Origin: a virus
Taxonomy: Duplodnaviria > Caudoviricetes
Length of the DNA: 64,000 nucleotides
Strand: one strand, 5' to 3'
IMG/VR virus record: IMGVR_UViG_3300031998_000005
Shown here: positions 28,339 through 37,177 of the stretch, one piece after another
Layout: each line of letters begins with the position of its first letter
How positions within the stretch are numbered: the first letter of the stretch is position 1
Position numbers and translations under genes: made by a program
Notes under the pieces: generated by a model
Seen by the model: only the letters and a program-made list of their open reading frames with translations
Told to the model about the DNA's origin: nothing
The model's database searches: none

Positions 28339-28614
28339 TTACTTATATTTTTCCAACTGCTGAAAGACATAACTAAACGCATCGTTAATGCGTTCCTGCT
28401 TTCGGGCGAGATTTTCCGCAATTTCAGTAGCAGTGCCATACGCAGAATCGGCAGCACCATCTTGAATGTCTATAATACTCCCCCAAAGGGATTCTATGGG
28501 AGAGCGACTACCGATGATAGCAGAAATGTCTTTAAGTTCATCCTGCAAATTTTCAAACTCGCCCTGCAAGGACTCGTTGCTTTCGTGCAAACGGATAGAC
28601 AACTTTCTAGGCAT
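28339..28614 (-). CDS. tagged small helical cargo protein
   Basis: MPRKLSIRLHES leader. Confidence 0.65.
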   Translation of the reverse strand: MPRKLSIRLHESNESLQGEFENLQDELKDISAIIGSRSPIESLWGSIIDIQDGAADSAYGTATEIAENLARKQERINDAFSYVFQQLEKYK

Positions 28615-28617
28615 ACC

Positions 28618-29655
28618 TTAACCTCCAAGGATGTAAGAAATCAGGCTGCCATCATTGGCTTCGTCCTTCTTGATAGCCTTGGCTTCCAAGACCTTGAACG
28701 TCTGCGGTGCAGGCTGTTCACGCTCAATGCTTTCGTAAGTAGCACCCGCCTTGCGACGCTCCTTAACGTAATCTTCATTAAGCCCGTTCTTGTTGGCGAA
28801 TTTCAACTCACGGATAGTTTCTTCGGACATCTTGATTTCTTCCTGCAAGTCTTCCACGAACTTGACGATAGACTGCTTGATGTCCTCGGTCACCTCGGTA
28901 AAGTCTTCAAACTTATACGTGTCGTTAGAGCCGTCATCGCAGTTGGACATTTCACAGCCGTTCTTGTCAAGGCTTTCAACGATGTAGGTGCTTCCGTCAA
29001 GTTCAACGGGTGCCCCAAGTTCGTTAGCCAAGGAAAGCAGGCTTTCAGCAACACGTTCGTTCACGGATTCTTCAAGGGCTTCCTTCTTCTTGGATTCCGA
29101 AATAACCTTGGGCTGTGCGTCAAGGAAACCAGGGTCTTGAACAAAGTCAAAGCGTTCAAGTTTGTAAGTCTTGGGGTCAAGAATGTCGTTGCCATCTTCG
29201 TCCTTGCCTTCGTAGTCGCCATCGGCACGGGAACTGACATACATCGTAGTTCCTGCACGGAGAATGGTGTAAAGGGTCTTACCCATATCCGTATTGTAGA
29301 TGACCGATTCAGCAATGCCCGTCTTCCAATCAATGTTGCGGGTAATATGGGAGAACTTGCCCTCGGCAATATCTTCGTCAGTGATTTCGGCTTCGTGTCC
29401 GATACGACCGAACATCTGTCCGTTCTTGAGTTTGCGTTGCACATCTTCGTCTTGACCCGCAACTTCCCAAAGTTCTTCGGTGTAAAGACGATGATTACGG
29501 CTTACCTTGCCAGGGCAGAAATGCTGACCCTTGACAATGGCGAGAATAGTGCCGCCGCTCTTGGCAACCTCGGATTGAGCGGACTCGTCCACACGGGCAA
29601 TATCGTCCACGAACTCGCACTTAAACGGGATATAATCTTCTGCAATTTTCTGCAT
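28618..29655 (-). CDS. prohead core protease (T4 gp21-like)
   Basis: SRNHRLY, GRIGH (catalytic His), SHI, TDMGKTL, VSSRADG (catalytic Ser), FDFVQDPGF; ESKKKE after the domain. Confidence 0.92.
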   Translation of the reverse strand: MQKIAEDYIPFKCEFVDDIARVDESAQSEVAKSGGTILAIVKGQHFCPGKVSRNHRLYTEELWEVAGQDEDVQRKLKNGQMFGRIGHEAEITDEDIAEGKFSHITRNIDWKTGIAESVIYNTDMGKTLYTILRAGTTMYVSSRADGDYEGKDEDGNDILDPKTYKLERFDFVQDPGFLDAQPKVISESKKKEALEESVNERVAESLLSLANELGAPVELDGSTYIVESLDKNGCEMSNCDDGSNDTYKFEDFTEVTEDIKQSIVKFVEDLQEEIKMSEETIRELKFANKNGLNEDYVKERRKAGATYESIEREQPAPQTFKVLEAKAIKKDEANDGSLISYILGG

Positions 29656-29704
29656 AGTAAACTAACCTTCCTTATCTACAATAGGTGTAAATGCTACCAC
29701 AAGT

Positions 29705-30001
29705 TTATTCCTTGTAATCCATAATCTGCCTAATAAGGGCATCTGCCCATTCATCCATCGGGATTTCATCAAAAGACGAACCCCATACATCGGAGTAGAA
29801 CTCATTACTAGGTAAATCATTCATCACGTTGTTAATAAGTTTACCAAACGGACCGCTATTAAAAGAACCTAGACCTAGCATCAGTGTCCACCATCCCTCA
29901 CGTATTTTTTCAACGGCACGGATAAGGTCTTCTTTAGATTTTGGTTTTTCAAAATCTTCGTTCTGCTTGGTTTCGTGAACCTTGATAGTCATTCTACCCA
30001 T
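29705..30001 (-). CDS. tagged cargo protein, paralog of 31637..31942
   Basis: MGRMTIKVHE leader. Confidence 0.65.
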   Translation of the reverse strand: MGRMTIKVHETKQNEDFEKPKSKEDLIRAVEKIREGWWTLMLGLGSFNSGPFGKLINNVMNDLPSNEFYSDVWGSSFDEIPMDEWADALIRQIMDYKE

Positions 30002-30005
30002 AAGG

Positions 30006-31625
30006 TTATTCTCCTAAAAATTCAATGAGATTTTCATACGGGGTTTCACCGAAATCTTCGTAGTTCAAGTAACTATCGTTAATATCATCCTTATCCCATA
30101 CAGCACGGATATTGTCTAACAACTTGCGGAGCAGTTTCTTATCATATCCTGCAAGGAACGCATTATAGAAATCAATCGCTGTAGGAATAAAGTCGGGGTC
30201 GTGTTCAAGCAACAGGTTAAGTGCTTCTTCATTATTCGTTTCGCCCACGACTCGTTTCCAATCTTCCACAAAATTCAAATCCCGTTCACTATCCCAACTA
30301 TAACGATAGGGATAACTACCATCCTTATCTGCGGGAGCATCTGTGTATTCGTCCCAACCCGCATAAAGCCACGGTTTGTCGGGTGTCGGAGCAGTTCCCG
30401 CAAAAAGTTCCTTCATAGTATCTACATCATTATTGAGAATAGCCCAACCCATAGGGTCGTGGTCATCCACGTAGAACCCATCAGCGGAACTTTCGTGTGT
30501 AACAATATCACCGCTACCATAGACAGAAGCAAGGTCAGCACCGTCGCCACGGGCTTCGGAGTGTTTAGCACGGGGCTTACGAGTAGCCCGCTTTACATTT
30601 CTTACAAAGTCATCCCACGAATCCCCTGGGTGCTTACGAACGCCTGCTGAAATACCTTTAAGAACAATATCCAAATCGTCCAAAGTATCACAAGTCATAT
30701 GCTGATGACCATACATAATGAAAGACACTTCATAATGCGTTTGAATATCACTAGAACCACCAAGACCCGTGAAAGTTTCAGTGTAGATAATGACTTCGCC
30801 ATAGGGAGAATTATAAACTATCTTCTGCTTTTTCGGGTCAATCTTGGCATCGGGGCTGTATTTCTGTGCGACTTTAAGAGCGTCCTGCAACGCCTTACGG
30901 TCCTTGGCATACATACTGCGATAAGGTGCTTGGTCGCCTGTGCGTTCAAGTTCATCGTCATCAAAGACGGATTCGGTAGGCTTTTCGTTCTTACGTCCGA
31001 CCACGCCTGTCGGTGCGACCCCAAGCGATGATGCAGATGCACCATCTTCGTTCTTAAAACCCTTGGACTTCTTCCAAACCGCATATTCGGACGGGTCATC
31101 AATCTTTGCAATAACCCCGTGGAAACCATCAGTTACCATATTGAACCAATCCTTCACAATCAGTTCAATCGCATCGTAAGCCATATCAAACGGCTCGTCC
31201 TGCAAGCCTTGATTTACAACCGCCACAATGGGTTCTGCACCAACTACGTGAATATCAAGAAGATGGGAGTCCGTGCCCTTACTATAAACGGAGTGGCAAG
31301 CGTCTTCATCCTTACGATAATCCGACTTGACATAGAAATACTTACCGCTCGGATTGTCAAACCCACGGATAAACAATCCCTTAATCACAGCGTTCAAGTC
31401 ATCCCATTGGTTAGACAAATCCACATCGTCCAAGACAGATTCCGAAATCTTCGTAGCAGAACGGATAGGAGCGGTCACACTTGCAAGGTCGCCAAAGTCG
31501 CCATAAGTGCGGGGGAGCAAGGATTCATAACGAGCCTGGGCTTCGTCCTTGTCCTTAAAGGCTTCAACTTTCTTCTTGCCGAAGAAATCCGTATAGGAAA
31601 TAGTCCAATTAAGTCCTTTTGTCAT
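30006..31625 (-). CDS. multi-module putative internal head protein
   Basis: ISES/KNE/PTES/HSE/THES sites; internal NEDGASASSLGVAP peptide. Confidence 0.6.
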   Translation of the reverse strand: MTKGLNWTISYTDFFGKKKVEAFKDKDEAQARYESLLPRTYGDFGDLASVTAPIRSATKISESVLDDVDLSNQWDDLNAVIKGLFIRGFDNPSGKYFYVKSDYRKDEDACHSVYSKGTDSHLLDIHVVGAEPIVAVVNQGLQDEPFDMAYDAIELIVKDWFNMVTDGFHGVIAKIDDPSEYAVWKKSKGFKNEDGASASSLGVAPTGVVGRKNEKPTESVFDDDELERTGDQAPYRSMYAKDRKALQDALKVAQKYSPDAKIDPKKQKIVYNSPYGEVIIYTETFTGLGGSSDIQTHYEVSFIMYGHQHMTCDTLDDLDIVLKGISAGVRKHPGDSWDDFVRNVKRATRKPRAKHSEARGDGADLASVYGSGDIVTHESSADGFYVDDHDPMGWAILNNDVDTMKELFAGTAPTPDKPWLYAGWDEYTDAPADKDGSYPYRYSWDSERDLNFVEDWKRVVGETNNEEALNLLLEHDPDFIPTAIDFYNAFLAGYDKKLLRKLLDNIRAVWDKDDINDSYLNYEDFGETPYENLIEFLGE

Positions 31626-31636
31626 ACAAGCGACCC

Positions 31637-31942
31637 CTAGCGGTTATGAACCTTGATTTTAAGATGACTTTCAGTCTTGCCATTACCCAGGCTTTCAAGA
31701 TACTCAATCATAGCATCGCAAAATTCTGCAATCCGCAGTTCATCATAGGAACGTGGAGCGAACGAATCGCCATACAACGCATCTATAGCAGGGACATCTT
31801 CGCAGGCTTGGTTGAACCAACCACCATACTCGTTCTCACGCCCAGGAATTACAACGGCATCGGAGTTTATAAGGGTTTCGTTGAACCCATCACGCATTTT
31901 CTTAAAGCCGTCTATAAGTTCTTGTTTCGTAATGTTAGACAT
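31637..31942 (-). CDS. cargo protein with C-terminal tag (TESHLKIKVHNR)
   Basis: Paralog of 29705..30001. Confidence 0.65.
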   Translation of the reverse strand: MSNITKQELIDGFKKMRDGFNETLINSDAVVIPGRENEYGGWFNQACEDVPAIDALYGDSFAPRSYDELRIAEFCDAMIEYLESLGNGKTESHLKIKVHNR

Positions 31943-32053
31943 CGGTTGTCTCCGTAAGTAATAAGTTCATCAGTAAAAATAATAACAAAACCAACCAAGC
32001 GGTATGCACCCTACATCAAAATAAGGCATATCCTACGTGATATAACAAGATAC

Positions 32054-32830
32054 CTACGGCTTTTCCACCTCAACATAAGCGTCTGCGGGAACGATGACCC
32101 TTGTTCCATCGGTCGCCACGTGTTCTTTCCATTCGGGAGTGCCGTTGAAATCCATAGACGCAAGCGGAATCCCGTTAGGATTATACAAGTCCACGACAAT
32201 GCTACGGAGCGGTGCCATCTTCCAATCTGCGAACTCGGACACAAACTGCAAGAACACCTTGACGTTCCAAGAGTAGGAAAACAGGTTGCCCTGTCGGAAA
32301 GACACGAGTTCTTCTGTTCCCAAGTCCTGTATGACAGTCAAGTTCAAGCCTGCCGTATTATACCCGCCCTCGGACGGGGTGCTTCGGTCATCGTAAGCAA
32401 ATCGTAAATTTATCGGGACATTATGGATATTTTGATACTCGGCTGCGAACGCCTCGGCAAAATCTTCAATCAGTTCTGCCTTGTTAGACACCAAGACACA
32501 GCCCATACCGAAAGACGCAGAAACTGTCTTTTTGAACTTCAACTTGTCATCGGGGGTCTTTCCATCGGCTATACGGATAGAGCGTCTAACAAGATTCTCC
32601 AAAGAATCCCTAGTCCAAAACAGGTAGGAATACGGGTCTTCTCGGACCGTTTCCCTGTCCGTCTGCGACTTGCGTTCCATTTTCTTATTGGCTATGTCTT
32701 GGTCAAGCAGGCGTTGGGGACCCTCGGCATCCGCACCATAAGCGACTTTCATAGACTTATCAAAGCCCTGCCTAGTAAAGAAATTCCGCATTTGAGCGAA
32801 ATAAGCCTTGACAGCAATAGACTGCATCAT
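32054..32830 (-). CDS. putative tail completion/terminator protein (gp15-like)
   Basis: Size, beta pattern and structural context; weak call. Confidence 0.45.
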   Translation of the reverse strand: MMQSIAVKAYFAQMRNFFTRQGFDKSMKVAYGADAEGPQRLLDQDIANKKMERKSQTDRETVREDPYSYLFWTRDSLENLVRRSIRIADGKTPDDKLKFKKTVSASFGMGCVLVSNKAELIEDFAEAFAAEYQNIHNVPINLRFAYDDRSTPSEGGYNTAGLNLTVIQDLGTEELVSFRQGNLFSYSWNVKVFLQFVSEFADWKMAPLRSIVVDLYNPNGIPLASMDFNGTPEWKEHVATDGTRVIVPADAYVEVEKP

Positions 32831-32845
32831 AAATCAAACACCCCA

Positions 32846-33376
32846 CTAGAACAGGACTTTCTGCTGTGCCGGGGTGTGAAGACCCGTAAGCGGACAAGCC
32901 GTCATACAATTCAAGCCCATACTACTACCATCGCCAATCGTTATCATATCCGCTGCGATAGAGAGAATACCCTTGGTTTCCACATTAGTTCCCGCCAAGG
33001 AATGCTCCACACGGAAACCATCATCGCCACCCTGGAACTCAAACTGCGTTCCGTCCTTGCGACCCTTAAAGATATTCTTGCCCAATCGGATATAAAATTC
33101 ATCTGTGGTGTTAGTCCCGTTCAATTCCTGGGCTAGACCCAAGACATAGGCTTCGCACAGGTTTCGGACTTCCACGATTACTTCGTCATCCACTTCGTAG
33201 GAATAAGAAAGGGGTAGCAGGGGTTTTGCCCAAAAGTCAAGGTGGACTTCTTCCTTGGCGTTCATCGTGCATTGGACTTTATAGAAATCCCCTATCTCCA
33301 ATATCTTGCAACGGAGAGTATAAGTTCTAGGCGTGAGAGCCTTGCGGAGTGCAGCAGTGCCAAGGTCAAAATTCAT
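32846..33376 (-). CDS. putative baseplate central spike (gp5/gpV-like)
   Basis: OB-like N-terminus (YEVDDEVIV..AYVLG), beta repeats, C-terminal CxxxCPLTGxH. Confidence 0.55.
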   Translation of the reverse strand: MNFDLGTAALRKALTPRTYTLRCKILEIGDFYKVQCTMNAKEEVHLDFWAKPLLPLSYSYEVDDEVIVEVRNLCEAYVLGLAQELNGTNTTDEFYIRLGKNIFKGRKDGTQFEFQGGDDGFRVEHSLAGTNVETKGILSIAADMITIGDGSSMGLNCMTACPLTGLHTPAQQKVLF

Positions 33377-33418
33377 ACCCTAAATATAAGTAAATTTTGT
33401 TATATTAGTAAATACCCT

Positions 33419-34069
33419 ATGAAAGCATATAACCACGAAAAAGCCATAATTTCCCTAACTACGTGGAAAGCCCGCATAAATACGGCAGGGCTAACCCTGT
33501 TTAGCCTAATCAAGAAATGTCCAGGTTTCCACATCGTCCTAGTCCTGTCCGAGGACGAGTTCCCCGAAAAGGAAAAAGAACTCCCCGACACCATTATGGC
33601 TTTCGTGAATCAAGACCTAGTTGAACTACTTTGGGTCAAACGGAACTACAAGGCTTTCAAAAAAGTAATCTTCACGATTGAGAAATATAAGGGAATACCT
33701 GTCATCAGTGCGGACGATGACTGCCTATACACGTGCAACTATGCCGAAAAACTCTACAAGCGGTGGTTGCAAACGAAGGCTGACGTGGTTAGATACACCC
33801 CAAGGACAAAACAGATTACCCAAGGTCCTTGCACCCTATATTGTCTATCGCCCACGCTAGTCCAAGAGTTCATCAACTCCCTTACCGATGAACAGATTAA
33901 GGCTTCACAAGACGATAACGTATTCTCGCAGTTCCTAACCAAGAACGGGATTAAAATTACCACGAACGTCAATAGCAAGTCCTTGCCGTTCGTATTCCAC
34001 AACAGCAACAAACCCCTAACCAAAGGGCAACGGAACAAAGCCTGTTATGCCCAATGTTTTTGGTATTGA
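33419..34069 (+). CDS. glycosyltransferase-like protein (GT-A, ISADDD)
   Basis: Start moved to MKAYNHE; IISLTTWKARI...YKAFKK...IISADDD. Confidence 0.75.
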   Translation: MKAYNHEKAIISLTTWKARINTAGLTLFSLIKKCPGFHIVLVLSEDEFPEKEKELPDTIMAFVNQDLVELLWVKRNYKAFKKVIFTIEKYKGIPVISADDDCLYTCNYAEKLYKRWLQTKADVVRYTPRTKQITQGPCTLYCLSPTLVQEFINSLTDEQIKASQDDNVFSQFLTKNGIKITTNVNSKSLPFVFHNSNKPLTKGQRNKACYAQCFWY

Positions 34070-34071
34070 CA

Positions 34072-34677
34072 ATGAAACAATATAACGGAGAAAAGGCGAT
34101 TATCAGCCTAACCACTTGGAAAGCCCGTATAAATACAGTAGGCTTGACACTATTCAGCCTTTATACGCAGTGTCCTAGTTTCCATATCGTGCTTGTTTTA
34201 AGCGAAGAGGAATTTCCTAAAAAGGAAGCCGAACTGCCCGACAGCGTTATGGCATTCGTAAACAAGAACATAGTTGAACTCTTATGGGTTTACAAGAACT
34301 ATAAGTCGTTCAAGAAAGTCCTATTCACTATGGAAAAATATAAGGACGTTCCAATCATATCTGCCGATGATGATTGTATCTATGTCTGCAACTACGCTGA
34401 AAAACTATACGACTATTGGAGAACCACAGGAACACAAGTAATCAGTTATCGTATGTCCAAGAAAGACCCTATGTGTCCAATAGGATGTAGTGTGCTATAC
34501 GCACCAACGACGTTTGATAAGTTTATCAAGGCGTTCAAGACCTACAAGATAATGAATATGCAGGATGACGGGTTCTACAAAAAAGTCTGTAAGGCACAGC
34601 ACCTGTCATTCGCAGCACTCTATAAAAAATTCCCGTGTTATTTCCACGACCAAATAAAGCCCATAAACGGAGTATAA
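34072..34677 (+). CDS. glycosyltransferase-like protein, tandem paralog of 33419..34069
   Basis: Highly similar N-terminal 120 aa or so; ISADDD. Confidence 0.75.
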   Translation: MKQYNGEKAIISLTTWKARINTVGLTLFSLYTQCPSFHIVLVLSEEEFPKKEAELPDSVMAFVNKNIVELLWVYKNYKSFKKVLFTMEKYKDVPIISADDDCIYVCNYAEKLYDYWRTTGTQVISYRMSKKDPMCPIGCSVLYAPTTFDKFIKAFKTYKIMNMQDDGFYKKVCKAQHLSFAALYKKFPCYFHDQIKPINGV

Positions 34678-35304
34678 ATGAACTTAATCGGCAATTCCTG
34701 TGTAAGTGCATTTATCAGCAAACTTTGCCTAAAAGAACCTTACGAAAATCCGTTCTGTTGGGCTAAACTAGACTTTGATAGTATCTACGCACTTATAACA
34801 AAATACGACAGCCTTGACTACAACAATGTAGAGTTTATCAAAACAGAAAACTACTACACGGCTGTAATAGACAACTGCGTAAAAGTCCAATATATCCATT
34901 ACCTAGAAGACCCCAATACACCAGAACTTACCTTTGAAAGAGCGAACGTAAAGTGTAGGGATATTCTGCCTTATGTTAAAGAAAAGTATTTTGCCCGTGT
35001 CGCTAAAATGCAAGCCGACAAAAAAGAACCCATATTCATCCTTGCTGCGGGATATTGGCAAGAATACTATCTATCCGATGAACAGATACAAAAAATCATA
35101 GACGCAGACCCGAAATACAAAATAATCGTATGTATGCCTGTCAGTGAAAAGAACAGACTGACTAGCCAAGGAAACGTGCGAATACACAACCACACCTACA
35201 AGATGGGCGTGGACGGAGTTCACAAAAAGATAGCCATATACCTGGCAAGTTATTTCTTCGGAACTAAAGTTTCAGCAACTGACCAAATTTCAAATCTGTC
35301 GTAG
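34678..35304 (+). CDS. polysaccharide-locus protein, DUF1919/DUF1796-like
   Basis: LIGNSC..NPFCW..FIHY-like motifs. Confidence 0.45.
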   Translation: MNLIGNSCVSAFISKLCLKEPYENPFCWAKLDFDSIYALITKYDSLDYNNVEFIKTENYYTAVIDNCVKVQYIHYLEDPNTPELTFERANVKCRDILPYVKEKYFARVAKMQADKKEPIFILAAGYWQEYYLSDEQIQKIIDADPKYKIIVCMPVSEKNRLTSQGNVRIHNHTYKMGVDGVHKKIAIYLASYFFGTKVSATDQISNLS

Positions 35305-36121
35305 GGTTCTTATATGTGATATTGCCCGATGCGGGTATGAACGTCAGTTCGGACAAATAAGTTTTTCCGTTAATGGAATAAAAATCCACACGGACACACT
35401 TGAAATCCACACACAACTTTTTAGCGAACGCCAACATTTCTTCGTAATTGCTAGGCTTTTCGTCTAACAAGTCATACCTAGCAGGGTGAGCATTCCAACT
35501 AACATCCAACATCGGCTTAAAATCCGTAGTATAATAGTTGAAATGCAAGCCCTGTGTAAACCTACCATTTATAACTTGCAAGTATTTAACATCCCCATTA
35601 AAGCACACGAACTTATAATCAGTCAAAGATGTCTTTCCAAGATTTTCTTCGTAGCGTTCTATAAAGACCTTACGAGGTATCACGCTATAAAACAACTCAT
35701 AAGATAGCGACCCGTAATCAACACGAAGCCACTTATTAAGAGTTTCCACTATCTTACGCTTATCTACCGACTGCTTGTCTTTAACAATGATATTGTAGCC
35801 ACTCCCGTGATTGCATTTTATTACAAACTGACGGGGCAACTTATCAAAGTCAATCTGTTCGGGTCTGTCATACACAGCCAAGATAGGCAGACACAAATCC
35901 CGACCAAGTTTAATCTTACAATACTCACGCAAAGTAATCTTATCAGCACAAAACGCTTTAAGGAACGTGGAGTCGTGTATCTTCAACCACTGCAACTTAT
36001 CTGTGAGTGTTTTAGGGTTCTTCAAGTTTGCAGTAGGGAACATCTTTTTCAAAAGAGGCTCTTTGCTCAAACAAAATTCTTCCCAGGTCATACCATCTTT
36101 TGCCATACGAACTCCCGACAC
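35264..36121 (-). CDS. TupA-like ATP-grasp protein
   Basis: NPKTLTDKLQWLK, ADKITLREY, FVIKCNHGSG, DYKFVCFNG, VRVDFY, ELTFIPASG. Confidence 0.88.
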   Translation of the reverse strand: MSGVRMAKDGMTWEEFCLSKEPLLKKMFPTANLKNPKTLTDKLQWLKIHDSTFLKAFCADKITLREYCKIKLGRDLCLPILAVYDRPEQIDFDKLPRQFVIKCNHGSGYNIIVKDKQSVDKRKIVETLNKWLRVDYGSLSYELFYSVIPRKVFIERYEENLGKTSLTDYKFVCFNGDVKYLQVINGRFTQGLHFNYYTTDFKPMLDVSWNAHPARYDLLDEKPSNYEEMLAFAKKLCVDFKCVRVDFYSINGKTYLSELTFIPASGNITYKNPTTDLKFGQLLKL

Positions 36122-36867
36122 TTTTGATAGAGTTTGCCATTACTCATAGACACACGGCTTCTATGATTACATTTCCAAATCCATTCTTTTTTAGACTTGA
36201 ATTGGTAATGTAATAACTTCAAGGCAGTATCTGTATCAGCCCCAAGATACCAATTACCTTTCAAACGTTCTCCATTACACATATAAGATAACTGATTACC
36301 CACAATAGGGTTATGCGTTTCTTTCGTAGGTAATGAATAGTTCACGAGACCCGTAGTCCTAACAAAAGTCTTAACAGGCTTGTTGCCCCCGTCAAATAAG
36401 TTAGCCCACTTGTCGTTAGACTCACTGCAATACTCCATAAGGGACATTGAACCCCTATCCGTATTGACATCTTTCGGGAACATATTTTTCCAACGAATAG
36501 ACAACTTACACATATCACGCCACTTTGACTGATAGTGTAGAATCATATCGTTCACATCGGAAAAATCACGCATCCACAGGAACTCGTCATCATCAATAGG
36601 CAAAACCCACCACGCCTTGCTATCGTTATTGATATAACGATTATACAGGCTATACTGATTTGGGAAACCCTTGACTAATTCATAAGAAACGGCATCGCCA
36701 TAACTATCGCAAACACCCTTGATATTCACAGGGCTTTCATTATCAAATATATGGCAATGCTCAAAACGACACGTAGTCAAATGCCATTCCAACCAATCCT
36801 TAAAATCATTCAAGTTGGTTGTCTTGGTCAATAAGACTACTTCAGTTAGATAAATCTTCGGTTGCAT
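36088..36867 (-). CDS. glycosyltransferase (GT92/GT2-like)
   Basis: WLEWHL..FEH.HIFDNES, WVLPIDDDEFL, LLHY..KS..EW..K..R; start moved to MQPKIY. Confidence 0.75.
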   Translation of the reverse strand: MQPKIYLTEVVLLTKTTNLNDFKDWLEWHLTTCRFEHCHIFDNESPVNIKGVCDSYGDAVSYELVKGFPNQYSLYNRYINNDSKAWWVLPIDDDEFLWMRDFSDVNDMILHYQSKWRDMCKLSIRWKNMFPKDVNTDRGSMSLMEYCSESNDKWANLFDGGNKPVKTFVRTTGLVNYSLPTKETHNPIVGNQLSYMCNGERLKGNWYLGADTDTALKLLHYQFKSKKEWIWKCNHRSRVSMSNGKLYQKCREFVWQKMV

Positions 36868-37171
36868 TTTCGTCCACAACAGGTTTAGTCGTTGAGCGTT
36901 TGTTCTTGATATAGTCCTGCACAAACGCTTCATATTTCAAAACAAATTGTGTATGTTCTGCGGGAGTATAATACGGAACGATACTAGCAGACGCAATAGC
37001 CCTGCGACGCCCCACAGTAGCCTTCAAATCCGCTACCTTATTAGTCTTGTTCGGAGTATTCTGCCCGCAGATAGCCTGCACAGCGGGTGCAGACATAGCC
37101 GCCTTCGGTCGGGGCATCTTCTTCAATTTCTTAATGGTGGCAAGCACGTTCCCACGGGTCAATTTATTCAT
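36842..37171 (-). CDS. basic hypothetical protein
   Basis: 109-aa ORF. Confidence 0.5.
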   Translation of the reverse strand: MNKLTRGNVLATIKKLKKMPRPKAAMSAPAVQAICGQNTPNKTNKVADLKATVGRRRAIASASIVPYYTPAEHTQFVLKYEAFVQDYIKNKRSTTKPVVDENATEDLSN

Positions 37172-37177
37172 AGTAAA

